Of a stretch of DNA of 64,000 bases, positions 26,425 through 36,515 are shown piece by piece (the stretch's first letter is position 1; each line of letters begins with the position of its first letter). This DNA is from an uncultured Clostridia bacterium (GTDB lineage: Bacteria > Bacillota > Clostridia > Christensenellales > CAMQZB01), in contig CAMQZB010000001.1 in assembly GCA_947039455.1 (NCBI GenBank), forward strand, positions 335,877 through 399,876. The letters are read 5' to 3'. The translations under genes and the position numbers were made by a program. A model generated the notes under the pieces. It was not told the origin of the DNA and made no database searches. It was given only the letters and a program-made list of their open reading frames with translations.

Positions 26425-27834
26425 TTAATTAGCTGAATCAGACTCTCCAATATTATGGTGTCCAAGTTTGATTTGCATTTCTTCAACTTGCTTTTTGTTT
26501 AATTTAAAACCAAATTGCAAAGCTGCATACATACCAATAGCACTAACAAATTGAATTGCACCAGCTAAAACTCTTACGTTAGCAGCTGTTTCAGCTGTTT
26601 GTTGTGCACCAAGCGTTGATACGTAGCCACAATAAGCTAGTAAGAATGCGATAATAGATGCGCCGAAACCTTGTGCTAATTTACGGCCTAGAGAGTACAC
26701 TGCATAAACTGTGCCTTCCTCACGCTTGCCTGATTTCATTTCTTGATAATCAATACTATCAGCAACCATTGCCCAAACTACTACCATGAAAATTCCTTGG
26801 CCTAGTGCGTGCACTCCTGTTAATGCTACCCATATCATCAATCCATTCATTGTTGGAGGAATTGGTAAGAATGTCATAAGTCCACCTGCTACAATACTTA
26901 ATAGTAATGGAACAGCTGATGCCTCTTTTTTACCAAATCTTTTTACTACACCCTTAGCTACTGGGAATGCTAAAATCATTGGTGCCATACTAACAATTGA
27001 CATTACGCCTGATAATTGTGCGTTTTTAAAATATGATTGGAATAGAATTAGTGAACAAGTTGTCATTCCAGCTACTGCTATCAGTTGAAAAACTGATGCT
27101 AGCGTAACTGCAACTGCAGGTCCATTGTGGAAGAATGCGCTCATAGCTTTAAAATAATTATATTTCTCTCTTGGTGCATTTTCGTTAACTACTGTCTCAA
27201 CTCTCTCTACTGTATTGCTTAATAAGAATCTAAATGACAAGAATCCAATAACACCTAATATGATTGCGATAGGCAGCATTCTTCCACCAATGATCTCGTC
27301 ATTAGCTGAGAAAATCAATATTGGCATTGCAATCATTATTATTGCGTTCGTTCCCACACTACCGATACTTCTCCATGTTGACAACTCAGTTCTTTCAACT
27401 GGATCAGAGGTAATTACTGTGCTCATTGCGCCGTATGGTACGTTTGCTAGAGTATATGACATATCCCATGTTAAATAACCCACTACACATACTACTATTT
27501 TAACCCATGTTGGTGCGTTTGGTATTGGCAAGAAACACATCGCTCCAGTAACCAATAAGCAAATTGAACCGTAATGAATATATGTTTTGAATTTACCACG
27601 TTTTCCTGGTTTTAGTGAATCCATTAATCCACCCATAATTGGATCGTTTATTGCGTCCCAAATTTTCAAGGCTAAGATTATTACACCCCAAGTTGTTATG
27701 CTTAATCCAATATATTGCGTGTAAAACAACATCAAATATGAATTTAGTGCGAAACTTACGTTACAGCCTACATCGCCCATTGCATACGCGACTTTATCAC
27801 GCATGCCAAATGGTCTCATTTTAGTTTTATCCAT
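26425..27834 (-). CDS. Glycoside-pentoside-hexuronide (GPH) family cation symporter (MelB/UidB-like)
   Basis: ~470 aa, 12-TM pattern. N-terminus FGMRDKVAYAMGDVGCN...YLMLFYT is typical of GPH. The second ATG (27834) is better spaced from AGGAG than the first (27837). Confidence 0.85.
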   Translation of the reverse strand: MDKTKMRPFGMRDKVAYAMGDVGCNVSFALNSYLMLFYTQYIGLSITTWGVIILALKIWDAINDPIMGGLMDSLKPGKRGKFKTYIHYGSICLLVTGAMCFLPIPNAPTWVKIVVCVVGYLTWDMSYTLANVPYGAMSTVITSDPVERTELSTWRSIGSVGTNAIIMIAMPILIFSANDEIIGGRMLPIAIILGVIGFLSFRFLLSNTVERVETVVNENAPREKYNYFKAMSAFFHNGPAVAVTLASVFQLIAVAGMTTCSLILFQSYFKNAQLSGVMSIVSMAPMILAFPVAKGVVKRFGKKEASAVPLLLSIVAGGLMTFLPIPPTMNGLMIWVALTGVHALGQGIFMVVVWAMVADSIDYQEMKSGKREEGTVYAVYSLGRKLAQGFGASIIAFLLAYCGYVSTLGAQQTAETAANVRVLAGAIQFVSAIGMYAALQFGFKLNKKQVEEMQIKLGHHNIGESDSAN

Positions 27835-27903
27835 CATTACTCCTATCTATAGCATCTTTTTCTCTTTATTAATGCTTATATTTCTTTTTAGTAAAATTTA
27901 ATT

Positions 27904-30150
27904 TTATTTTTTAATTTTATTTAACATACAGTTAAGTTCAAACAATTTTTCCATTGGTAACTTATTTCCTGCAAGTTTAGCTAATCTTTCAAGTGACATT
28001 CCGCCCATCATTTTCATCATTGGTCCAGCCATATCAACTCCTGAAACATTGTCGCCCAACATATCATTTGACATGCTGCCAAGAACCATAGCAATAAGTT
28101 GCATTCCTTGTTCGCTAGCCATGATATCATTCAATTTATCTTTAATTGAGAACGCATCTTCTGGGTATAAGAATTCTTTCTCCACTCCGTCAGCGTCAAA
28201 CCAGTTTACAATTTTTTGAGTTGTATCAAGTGAATAAGCTGTATTTGGTTCAGCTACTCTGTTGATTATACTGTTATCTGTTAAGTTTCCACCACGAGCT
28301 TCGATTTTATTTTCGCCCATTTTAAGTGCTACTTCAAAATTGAATACTTTGTTGCCTTTTTGTGTTGAAACTAATTCATTGTTTACATACAATGAAATTT
28401 CATCAAGATTGCTGTATACTTTAACTTTTGTAACTTCTTCAGCACGATCAATATATCTTTTTGCACAAAGGTGAAGCATTTTCTCTGCATTCCAATATGC
28501 TCTATATATAAAGTAACTGTCCTTTTTAGTTTGTCTATCAAAAGTTACAAGTCCTTTATTGTTCATTCCTTTTACGCCACCTTCGTCACGCATGTCAGAT
28601 CCGAAATCAAACATGTTCCAAACGTGTGTTGACCACAAATATGGACGTGTTGAGAATATATCAAGCATTCTCTCGTGATAGTAAGCTTGGTATTCTTCTG
28701 AATAATCACCCATTTCTGGTTGGCTACTGTGCCATGACAAGATACCCTCGCAACCATACTCAGACACACCTACGCGTCTTTCTGGATAATCTGCGTGGAA
28801 TTTGTCAAACCATACTGCGTTTTCTTCAACGTCGCCACCGTACCAACCGAAGTAATGGTTGTATGACATAATATCACTTACATCATTTAATGTACTCTCT
28901 ACTGGCAACATTGACACTTGCGCCATTGTTGATAGTCTAGTTTTGTCAAGGTCGTGACACATATTGTTTAACAAGTAATGGTTTTCACGTAATTTCTCGC
29001 TCTCCCCACCAATAGTAATCTCATTTGAAATTCCCCAACATACGATTGATGTATGGTTGTAGTTTTGCAAAATTAATTCTTTCAATTGTGATAATGTATT
29101 CTCTACGCCTGTTTCCATAAATCTAGAAATGAATGGGATTTCAGCCCATACTACCATTCCAAATTCATCACATAAATCATAGAAATATTGGTCATGTTGA
29201 TAATGTGCAAGACGGATTGTATTACAACCAATATCACTGATTATTTCCATATCTTCTTTGTGGTGCTCTCTTGTGATTGCTCCACCAACTAAATTTCTAT
29301 CTTGGTGACGTGATACACCGTGTAGTGGATACTCTTTTCCATTCAAGATGAATCCTCTGTTTTTATCTACTTCAAATGATCTGAATCCAAATTTAACTTC
29401 TAAATTATCAATAACTTTGCCGTTCTCAAGTAATTCAACAGTTGCTTTATACAAATATGGGTTGATTGTTCCGTTCCACAATGTAATATCATTTACTTCA
29501 ACAGAAAAAGTTGCATTACATGCGCAATCTTTATATGTCGCTACCACATTATTGTTTTTATCAGTAATTGATACTTGAATTTCTTGTCCATCAACTCTAT
29601 TAGTTACATACGCGTCAAATCTAACTGTTCCAACTGTTCCTTGGAATGTTGGAGTTACCGCAACACCAGCTGCACCAAAGTAATCAAGATCAAAATGTGA
29701 CTCATTTACTTCAATGAAATTAACGTTTCTATAAACACCACCGTAGAATGTGAAATCAGCAAATTGTGGATATATAGTTTCGTTTGGACTGTTATCAGCT
29801 TTTACGCACAAAATATTATCTTCTTTTAATCCATCAGTTAGGTCAACTCTAAATGTAGAATATCCACCTTCGTGATGTGCAAGTTTTTCACCATTTAAAT
29901 ATACATCGGCAATTGAGTTTACACCTTCAAACTCAACGTATAGTCTTCCATTTGAAAATTCTTGCTTTTTAAATTCTTTTACATACCAAAACCCATCTTT
30001 ACAGTAGTCATTTCCCCCATCTAAACCATCTACATCATTCCATGTGTGAGGAATATTTATCGTTTCAAATTCACAGTTTTTTAAATCTTTAATTTCTACG
30101 TTTTGTTTAATAAATTTCCAATTCTTATTAATGTTAGTAATTTTTCTCAT
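27904..30150 (-). CDS. Glycoside hydrolase family 2 (beta-galactosidase/beta-glucuronidase-like)
   Basis: NxWKF start, sugar-binding/Ig/TIM order, WGISNE acid-base motif. Start moved to ATG 30150 (MRKITNINKNWKF), preceded by AAGGAG. Confidence 0.85.
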   Translation of the reverse strand: MRKITNINKNWKFIKQNVEIKDLKNCEFETINIPHTWNDVDGLDGGNDYCKDGFWYVKEFKKQEFSNGRLYVEFEGVNSIADVYLNGEKLAHHEGGYSTFRVDLTDGLKEDNILCVKADNSPNETIYPQFADFTFYGGVYRNVNFIEVNESHFDLDYFGAAGVAVTPTFQGTVGTVRFDAYVTNRVDGQEIQVSITDKNNNVVATYKDCACNATFSVEVNDITLWNGTINPYLYKATVELLENGKVIDNLEVKFGFRSFEVDKNRGFILNGKEYPLHGVSRHQDRNLVGGAITREHHKEDMEIISDIGCNTIRLAHYQHDQYFYDLCDEFGMVVWAEIPFISRFMETGVENTLSQLKELILQNYNHTSIVCWGISNEITIGGESEKLRENHYLLNNMCHDLDKTRLSTMAQVSMLPVESTLNDVSDIMSYNHYFGWYGGDVEENAVWFDKFHADYPERRVGVSEYGCEGILSWHSSQPEMGDYSEEYQAYYHERMLDIFSTRPYLWSTHVWNMFDFGSDMRDEGGVKGMNNKGLVTFDRQTKKDSYFIYRAYWNAEKMLHLCAKRYIDRAEEVTKVKVYSNLDEISLYVNNELVSTQKGNKVFNFEVALKMGENKIEARGGNLTDNSIINRVAEPNTAYSLDTTQKIVNWFDADGVEKEFLYPEDAFSIKDKLNDIMASEQGMQLIAMVLGSMSNDMLGDNVSGVDMAGPMMKMMGGMSLERLAKLAGNKLPMEKLFELNCMLNKIKK

Positions 30151-30327
30151 TTTGCTCCTTACAAATTTAGTTCTTAGTTTGTTATTTTTTTTTATAATTA
30201 TATTATTATCGTAATTTGGTCTAATTGGCTTTAATAAATATACCAAATTATTAAATCACCTCGTAACAATATCTCCATTATATCATTGTATTTTAAAGTT
30301 TACTATTGCAAAATATTTCAAAATTGA

Positions 30328-30356
30328 TTGCAAAACGTATCATATTGTGATATAAT
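30328..30356 (+). promoter_or_regulatory. Sigma-A promoter; ATG of the AraC gene at the predicted +1
   Basis: TTGCAA 30328-30333, 17 nt, TGATATAAT (-10 at 30351-30356). ATG at 30363, 6 nt after the -10, with no SD. Confidence 0.6.
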
Positions 30357-30362
30357 ATCTAA

Positions 30363-31124
30363 ATGATAAATAACAATTATGAATACAACTTCAAAAACCT
30401 TACAATATCCCATAAGTTCGACTTAAATTCACTAGCGGAAAATGTTTATCAAGACCATTTTCATTCCTTTTATGAGATTTTCTTCTTTGTTAATGGCGAT
30501 ATTGAGTATATTATTGAAAATAAACGGTTCAAGCTTACACAATATGACTTGCTTTTAATTAAACCCTCTGAACAGCATTTTGTTAATTTGGTTTCTAAAG
30601 GTAATTACGAGCGTTTTGTTATTAAGTTTAGCGAGCAATACATTCCTATACATTTAATTGAAAAATTAAAATGCTTAGACAACCATTTTTCTATTACATC
30701 AACTAAAATCCTAGATATTTTTAAAAATATAGACACTCTTCCCCATTCTTTTGATGGCAATAACTTAAATGTATTATTTCAGTCAGCTCTAAACGAATTG
30801 CTTATTTGCATATCTGAATTAGATGGCAATAAAGACAGCGTTGTTTTAAATGTTGAACTATCTAAGATCTTAGAATACATCAATAATAATTTAGAATTGA
30901 ATTTATCTATGGAATCTTTGTCAAAAGAATTCTTTCACTCACGTGCTTGGGTATATCGAATATTTAAAAAATATTTGAGAACTACTCCTAAGGAATACAT
31001 TACTTCAAAGCGAATGGCACTAGCTCAAAGGTTAATTGAGAATGGCGAAAAACCTACAAAGGTTTTTAATCAATGTGGTTTTAATTATTATTCAACATAT
31101 TACCGACAAATAAATAAAAAATAG
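30363..31124 (+). CDS. AraC-family transcriptional regulator, divergent from GH2
   Basis: 253 aa, cupin-like N-terminal half + AraC HTH. There is no alternative in-frame start near the N-terminus. Confidence 0.8.
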   Translation: MINNNYEYNFKNLTISHKFDLNSLAENVYQDHFHSFYEIFFFVNGDIEYIIENKRFKLTQYDLLLIKPSEQHFVNLVSKGNYERFVIKFSEQYIPIHLIEKLKCLDNHFSITSTKILDIFKNIDTLPHSFDGNNLNVLFQSALNELLICISELDGNKDSVVLNVELSKILEYINNNLELNLSMESLSKEFFHSRAWVYRIFKKYLRTTPKEYITSKRMALAQRLIENGEKPTKVFNQCGFNYYSTYYRQINKK

Positions 31125-31203
31125 CATTATATCTTATAGAATTTCTTCATATATTTTTAATTGACTACTGTCAATGAAGTATTTTAAATACTAATAAAAT
31201 AAA

Positions 31204-31240
31204 ATAACCTAGCAACTTTTGTGATTGCTAGGTTATTTTT
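31204..31240. terminator. Bidirectional terminator (AraC / hydrolase gene)
   Basis: 12-bp perfect stem ATAACCTAGCAA / TTGCTAGGTTAT, then TTTT. Confidence 0.65.
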
Positions 31241-31293
31241 ATTGCTATTTTAAGTAGCTTTTATTTTTAGTTAGACATTTATAACAATATTAT

Positions 31294-33336
31294 TTAAGCA
31301 AATAAACCTGCAAATGCGTATGATGCTGATGTATTTGACACTGTCATCACTGTGAATAAGAATGTATTTACGAAAGCTCCTAACCATGAGTTTCCAGTCT
31401 TCAAGAACAAACGTCTTGAAATGATTGTTGCTACAATTAGTACTGGAACGATTGGGAAAAGAACAATATAGCTTAACGCCATGTTTGATTGCCATAGTAC
31501 TCCAGTAGACCTGAATGTAATATATTGAATTGCAATTACAAGTACAATACCCGCTACGTTAAAGAATGCATTAATTGCTATTGTCGCCCACTCTGGTAGA
31601 TTTTTCAATCTCCAACCTTGGTTAAACATACTATTAATTCCATAGAATATAAAGAACGGTACTGAATATCTCATCATCGCTGGTATCATTGATAAATTAA
31701 ATACTTTAACGTCAAATGTCCAGAATCTAAAATCAACTGTGAATATATTCCAAATTGCAAATACTACCATGTATAAGATTGTAACAATTGTTGCTCCTAA
31801 CAGTAATGTTTTAAAGAAGTTTCCAATAGTATCAATTCTTGCCGTTTCAAACGGACTTTCATTATACAAATGAGCTTCTTCCCCATATTTAACTTTGTTT
31901 ATAATACTATTAATCAATGCAATTACACTTACAACTATAAGAGCAATAACACCTGTTACTATAGCCCAAGTTGCAACTGTTCCAGTTGTGTCTTGTGGAT
32001 AATATGTGTTTTGCGTAAAGAAAATTTTAGTTAGGAAATTTAATTTCCCACTCATTATTGGTTCAGCCATAAATCCTGAACATAACGTTGTAACCACTCC
32101 TGCTGTCCAATAACTTATGTTCTTACGCACGCCTTTCAATGGTACAAGTCTTTTACTTAAATCTAAGTCATCTTTCTTTCTCAAACTAGCAAACATTGGT
32201 ATAGTAAGAAGTAAAGATGCTAATGGGAATATCAATGCGAAAAATCCAACTAGACCTAGAGTTGCCATTGCTTCTTTAAATACCCATACTTGTTTTGTTG
32301 CTGGTATAATTTCTGAACCTTCTGGTGCCCCTAATGCTTTATACATAAAGTCAATAACATAAGCAGTACTCTCTGTTGAGAAATGGTTTTGTGGGTGAAT
32401 TTCATCAGCTTCGTAAACAACTCTGAATTGATCACTAATTACTTTTCCAAATTCTTTATCCACTAATTTTCCATCAATATAAATACCGCCATTTTCTATG
32501 TTAATTCCATTTGCAGTAGCTGTATCAAACTCTGTAATTCCAACAAAACCTGCTGCACCAGTTGATTGAAGAAACTCTCTACAAAGTGATTTATCCCCAT
32601 TAGAGAATGTACTTGCAAAGAAGAACTCATCGTCCATAGCTTTTAGTATACCAACATTGTGACTTTCATGATAACTTGATGTTATAGGTGGGAAACCTTG
32701 AATTAAACCTGCTGAAATTATTCCTGTGTCGCCATTATCTCTTGCTACTTTATCAATTTTCATAGCATTGTTTGAAGCTGCTCCACCCATTGAGTGACCA
32801 GAAACGGCAATTTTTGAACCGTCAACATAGTCAAGATAGTGTAAATAAGCTGCTGCTTCATACATTGTTGCGCCTGTTTGAGCACTACCAAAACCATCAA
32901 TAGTTCCTGGTACAATGGTACTGTTTCCATGACCTTCACGGTCAATTACTAGAACAACATAACCACGACGAGCTAGTTCAACCGCATTTGGTAATTGCAA
33001 TTCACGGTTATTTAAGTATCCATGAGTCAATACAATTGCTGGTTTTTTGTTTGTAGCAGATGCATCTTCTGGTACATAAAGCAAGCCACTGCTTACCAAA
33101 CCATTGATTTTTACATCACTTTCAGCTCCTGGTATTCCTGTCAAATCAACAGTAAGAACATCATCGGCAGATATTTTTAAGTCTTTCACTGCATTTGCAT
33201 TTCGCAAATCACTTACATCAATTGAAAATCCTTTCGTTTGAATCGCTGCTCCAATACAACTTGAAACAATTATAAGGGCTAATGCGATTGCTAGAATCCA
33301 AAAAGACACCTTATGCTTTTTTACATAACTATTCAT
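31294..33336 (-). CDS. Membrane protein: N-terminal TM + extracytoplasmic alpha/beta-hydrolase (serine esterase/lipase-like) domain + C-terminal ~8-TM domain
   Basis: Nucleophile elbow GHSMGG, preceded by ...IVLTHGYLNN...VLVIDREGHGNS. C-terminal 330 aa is polytopic. Start at ATG 33336 (SD AGGAGA). Confidence 0.6.
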   Translation of the reverse strand: MNSYVKKHKVSFWILAIALALIIVSSCIGAAIQTKGFSIDVSDLRNANAVKDLKISADDVLTVDLTGIPGAESDVKINGLVSSGLLYVPEDASATNKKPAIVLTHGYLNNRELQLPNAVELARRGYVVLVIDREGHGNSTIVPGTIDGFGSAQTGATMYEAAAYLHYLDYVDGSKIAVSGHSMGGAASNNAMKIDKVARDNGDTGIISAGLIQGFPPITSSYHESHNVGILKAMDDEFFFASTFSNGDKSLCREFLQSTGAAGFVGITEFDTATANGINIENGGIYIDGKLVDKEFGKVISDQFRVVYEADEIHPQNHFSTESTAYVIDFMYKALGAPEGSEIIPATKQVWVFKEAMATLGLVGFFALIFPLASLLLTIPMFASLRKKDDLDLSKRLVPLKGVRKNISYWTAGVVTTLCSGFMAEPIMSGKLNFLTKIFFTQNTYYPQDTTGTVATWAIVTGVIALIVVSVIALINSIINKVKYGEEAHLYNESPFETARIDTIGNFFKTLLLGATIVTILYMVVFAIWNIFTVDFRFWTFDVKVFNLSMIPAMMRYSVPFFIFYGINSMFNQGWRLKNLPEWATIAINAFFNVAGIVLVIAIQYITFRSTGVLWQSNMALSYIVLFPIVPVLIVATIISRRLFLKTGNSWLGAFVNTFLFTVMTVSNTSASYAFAGLFA

Positions 33337-33396
33337 AATTTTTCTCCTATTCCTTGGTATATATAGTTTTTCGTTCATCATTACGAAAATTTTACC

Positions 33397-34878
33397 CTAA
33401 ACTAATCTTGCTTGTCTTACAGCTTTTTCCCAGCCTGCAAGTCTACGTTTACATTTTTCTTCGTCCATACTTGGATAAAACAAACAATCTAACTGAACAT
33501 TTTTTCTTATTTCTTCTATATCAGCCCAGTATCCAGTTTGCAATCCTGCTAAATATGCAGCTCCTAGAGCTGTTGTTTCTACGATTTTTGGTCTTTCAAC
33601 AGTACAATTTAAAATGTCAGCTTGGAATTGCATAAGGAAACTATTCATTGATGCTCCGCCATCTACTCTCAATCCGTTCATTCTTCCGCCATAGTCTTTT
33701 TCCATAGCAAAAACAAGATCACTCACTTGATATGCTATTGATTCTACCGCAGCTCTAATGAAATGCTCTTTCTTTGTTCCTCTAGTAATTCCAACTATTG
33801 TTCCACGAGAGTCCGCGTCCCAATATGGAGCACCTAATCCAGTAAAACTTGGGATCATATATACACCATGACTTGAGTCAACCGATGTAGCATAACCTTC
33901 AGTATCGCTAGCTTTTCTTATCATTCTCATTTCATCTCTTAACCATTGAACAACTGCTCCACCAATGAAAACTGATCCTTCAAGAACGTATTGAACTTTT
34001 CCGCCAACACTTGCACCTAAAGTTGTAACAAGTCCATTATTTGATTTAACAGCTTCATCACCAGTGTTCATCAATAAGAAACAACCTGTTCCATATGTGT
34101 TTTTAACATCGCCTTTCTCGGTACATAATTGACCAAACAACGCAGCTTGTTGATCTCCAACAACTCCGCAAATCGGTATTGACTTTCCAACTAAAGTTTT
34201 ATCAGTAAATCCGTATTCATGACTACTCTCGTGAACTTCTGGCAACATTGATCTTGGTATGTCAAACAATTCAATCAATTCATCGTCCCAACAAAGTTTG
34301 TGAATATTAAAAATCATAGTCCTTGATGCATTTGTATAATCAGTTGCAAAAATCTTTCCTTTAGACAAATTCCACATTAAGTATGTGTCAACTGTACCAA
34401 ATAATAGCTGTCCGTTTTCAGCTTTTTCTCTAGCACCTTCAACATTATCTAAAATCCATTTTATTTTTGTTGCTGAAAAGTAAGCATCTAATACTAGTCC
34501 AGTTTTATCGTATATTAATTTATCATAACCGTCTTGTTTTAGTTGATTACAGTAATCCGCTGTTCTTCTACACTGCCAAACTATAGCGTTTGAAACTGGT
34601 AAGCCAGTGTTTTTATCCCATATAATTGTTGTTTCTCTTTGATTAGTGATTCCGATGCTATCAATATCTTCAATGCTAATATTTGAGTTGATTAAAGATT
34701 CAGATATAACACCTACTTGAGATGCAAGAATATCTTGTGGTTTTTGCTCAACCCAGCCAGTATGAGGATAAATTTGAGGAAATTCTTGTTGAGCTTTCCC
34801 TAATATCTCACCTTGTTTATTAAATACAATCGCTCTTGAACTTGTAGTTCCTTGATCTAATGCCAATATATACTTCAT
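33397..34878 (-). CDS. glpK: Glycerol kinase
   Basis: 493 aa. [24 protein letters not shown] and the FGGY C-terminal motif. Confidence 0.95.
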   Translation of the reverse strand: MKYILALDQGTTSSRAIVFNKQGEILGKAQQEFPQIYPHTGWVEQKPQDILASQVGVISESLINSNISIEDIDSIGITNQRETTIIWDKNTGLPVSNAIVWQCRRTADYCNQLKQDGYDKLIYDKTGLVLDAYFSATKIKWILDNVEGAREKAENGQLLFGTVDTYLMWNLSKGKIFATDYTNASRTMIFNIHKLCWDDELIELFDIPRSMLPEVHESSHEYGFTDKTLVGKSIPICGVVGDQQAALFGQLCTEKGDVKNTYGTGCFLLMNTGDEAVKSNNGLVTTLGASVGGKVQYVLEGSVFIGGAVVQWLRDEMRMIRKASDTEGYATSVDSSHGVYMIPSFTGLGAPYWDADSRGTIVGITRGTKKEHFIRAAVESIAYQVSDLVFAMEKDYGGRMNGLRVDGGASMNSFLMQFQADILNCTVERPKIVETTALGAAYLAGLQTGYWADIEEIRKNVQLDCLFYPSMDEEKCKRRLAGWEKAVRQARLV

Positions 34879-34893
34879 GTAATTCCCCTTATG

Positions 34894-35250
34894 TTATAAA
34901 ATTTCTTTAGTAGCTACAAAATTTACACCAGTTCCTAATACATTTTCGATCATCACGTCTCCAATGTGTATTGGTGCATTTACTTTAATTTCATTCAATA
35001 ATCTAAGACTATCAAAAATTAGATGTTTATCAATTGCATTGCTAGTTTTAACTGACAACATTGCCTTGTTACCACCAACAACTCTCATTGAACCTGTAAC
35101 AATTCTCTTTGGTTGAGTTAATTCATCTTTAGCGTAAAGAACACCTCTTGGACAAGTGTTTCCTGTAACTTTTATATCATTCATATCAGTTATATCGCAA
35201 GAAAGATGACAGCCCATTGGGCAACTTATACATATCATTTCTTTAATCAT
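34894..35250 (-). CDS. DUF1667 domain protein (small Cys-rich subunit associated with clostridial G3P dehydrogenase)
   Basis: 118 aa. CISCPMGCHL...GNTCPRG. TAATG-type overlap with the upstream gene. Confidence 0.75.
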   Translation of the reverse strand: MIKEMICISCPMGCHLSCDITDMNDIKVTGNTCPRGVLYAKDELTQPKRIVTGSMRVVGGNKAMLSVKTSNAIDKHLIFDSLRLLNEIKVNAPIHIGDVMIENVLGTGVNFVATKEIL

Positions 35251-36515
35251 TATAACACCTCGCTTACTAATTTTATTTCGATTTTGTTTGCAGTCTTTAA
35301 CTTTTGCACTTGCTCACTTGTTAGTGCAATATTTTCCATTTCCCCTGGAGCTACAACTGCTCTGTTTTTAGAAATTAGAATATTATCATCAAGTAAAACT
35401 TGTAATTTTACTTTTTTGAAAACATTAGCTACACGTACTTTTAATGCTAATGGTTTAAATTCATTGTCTTTTAAAATAATTTCAGGTACGCAGTATCTTA
35501 CGCCGTTGGTTGTTAGTATTTCAATTTTTTCGGCTGATCTTGCTTTTCCATTGATATAATTTACTGCACATTGTCCAGCAACTTCACTTTCAGCTGATAC
35601 GAAATCAACAAGGTCATGAACGTGCAACACGTTTCCGCATTGGAAAACGCCATCTACATTTGTCATCATTGAATCATCAACAATAGCTCCGCCTGTAATA
35701 TTTGATAGCTCTACTGACGCATTTTTAGCTAGTTCATTTTCTGGAAGCAAGCCAACTGAAAGAAGTATAGTATCACATGGAATCGAGAATGCTGTTTCCA
35801 TAATCGGATTAAGTTTTTCATCAACCTTTGCCACTAATACGCTTTCTACTCTGTCTTTTCCTACTACTTCAACAATAGTGTGACTAAAATGCAATGGAAT
35901 ATCAAAATCATTCAAGCATTGAACTATATTTCTATTAAGTCCAGCACTAAATGGCATAAGTTCGATAACAGCTTTTACTTTTGCGCCCTCAAAAGTCATG
36001 CGTCTTGCCATAATTAATCCGATATCACCAGACCCAAGAATTACAACTTCTTTCCCTGGCATGTACCCATCTATATTCACTAATTTTTGAGCAGTTCCAG
36101 CTGAGTACACTCCTGCACCACGCATTCCTGCTATATTAATTGCACCTCTTGGTCGCTCTCTACAACCACATGCGAAAATAATTGCTTTTGCATTAATTTC
36201 AACTAATCCATCATTTGATGAAACGTAAGTCACAATTTTATCCCGTGAAACATCAATTACCGTAGTATTTAATTTATATTCGATTTTTCTGTCATTGATT
36301 TCGTCTATATATCTTTGAGCGTACTCTGGTCCTGTTAGCTCTTCTTTGAAAGTATGCAATCCAAATCCATTGTGAATACATTGATTTAAAATTCCACCTA
36401 GTTCTGACTCTCTCTCAAGAATAAGAATATCTCTCTCGCCACTGTCATAAGCTGATTTTGCTGCGGCTAGACCTGCTGGTCCACCACCAATAATAACAAG
36501 ATTTTTAAATTCCAT
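35250..36515 (-). CDS. NAD(P)/FAD-dependent pyridine nucleotide-disulfide-type oxidoreductase (second subunit of the G3P dehydrogenase set)
   Basis: 421 aa. IIGGGPAGLAAA and VVILGSGDIGL Rossmann motifs. Confidence 0.8.
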   Translation of the reverse strand: MEFKNLVIIGGGPAGLAAAKSAYDSGERDILILERESELGGILNQCIHNGFGLHTFKEELTGPEYAQRYIDEINDRKIEYKLNTTVIDVSRDKIVTYVSSNDGLVEINAKAIIFACGCRERPRGAINIAGMRGAGVYSAGTAQKLVNIDGYMPGKEVVILGSGDIGLIMARRMTFEGAKVKAVIELMPFSAGLNRNIVQCLNDFDIPLHFSHTIVEVVGKDRVESVLVAKVDEKLNPIMETAFSIPCDTILLSVGLLPENELAKNASVELSNITGGAIVDDSMMTNVDGVFQCGNVLHVHDLVDFVSAESEVAGQCAVNYINGKARSAEKIEILTTNGVRYCVPEIILKDNEFKPLALKVRVANVFKKVKLQVLLDDNILISKNRAVVAPGEMENIALTSEQVQKLKTANKIEIKLVSEVL

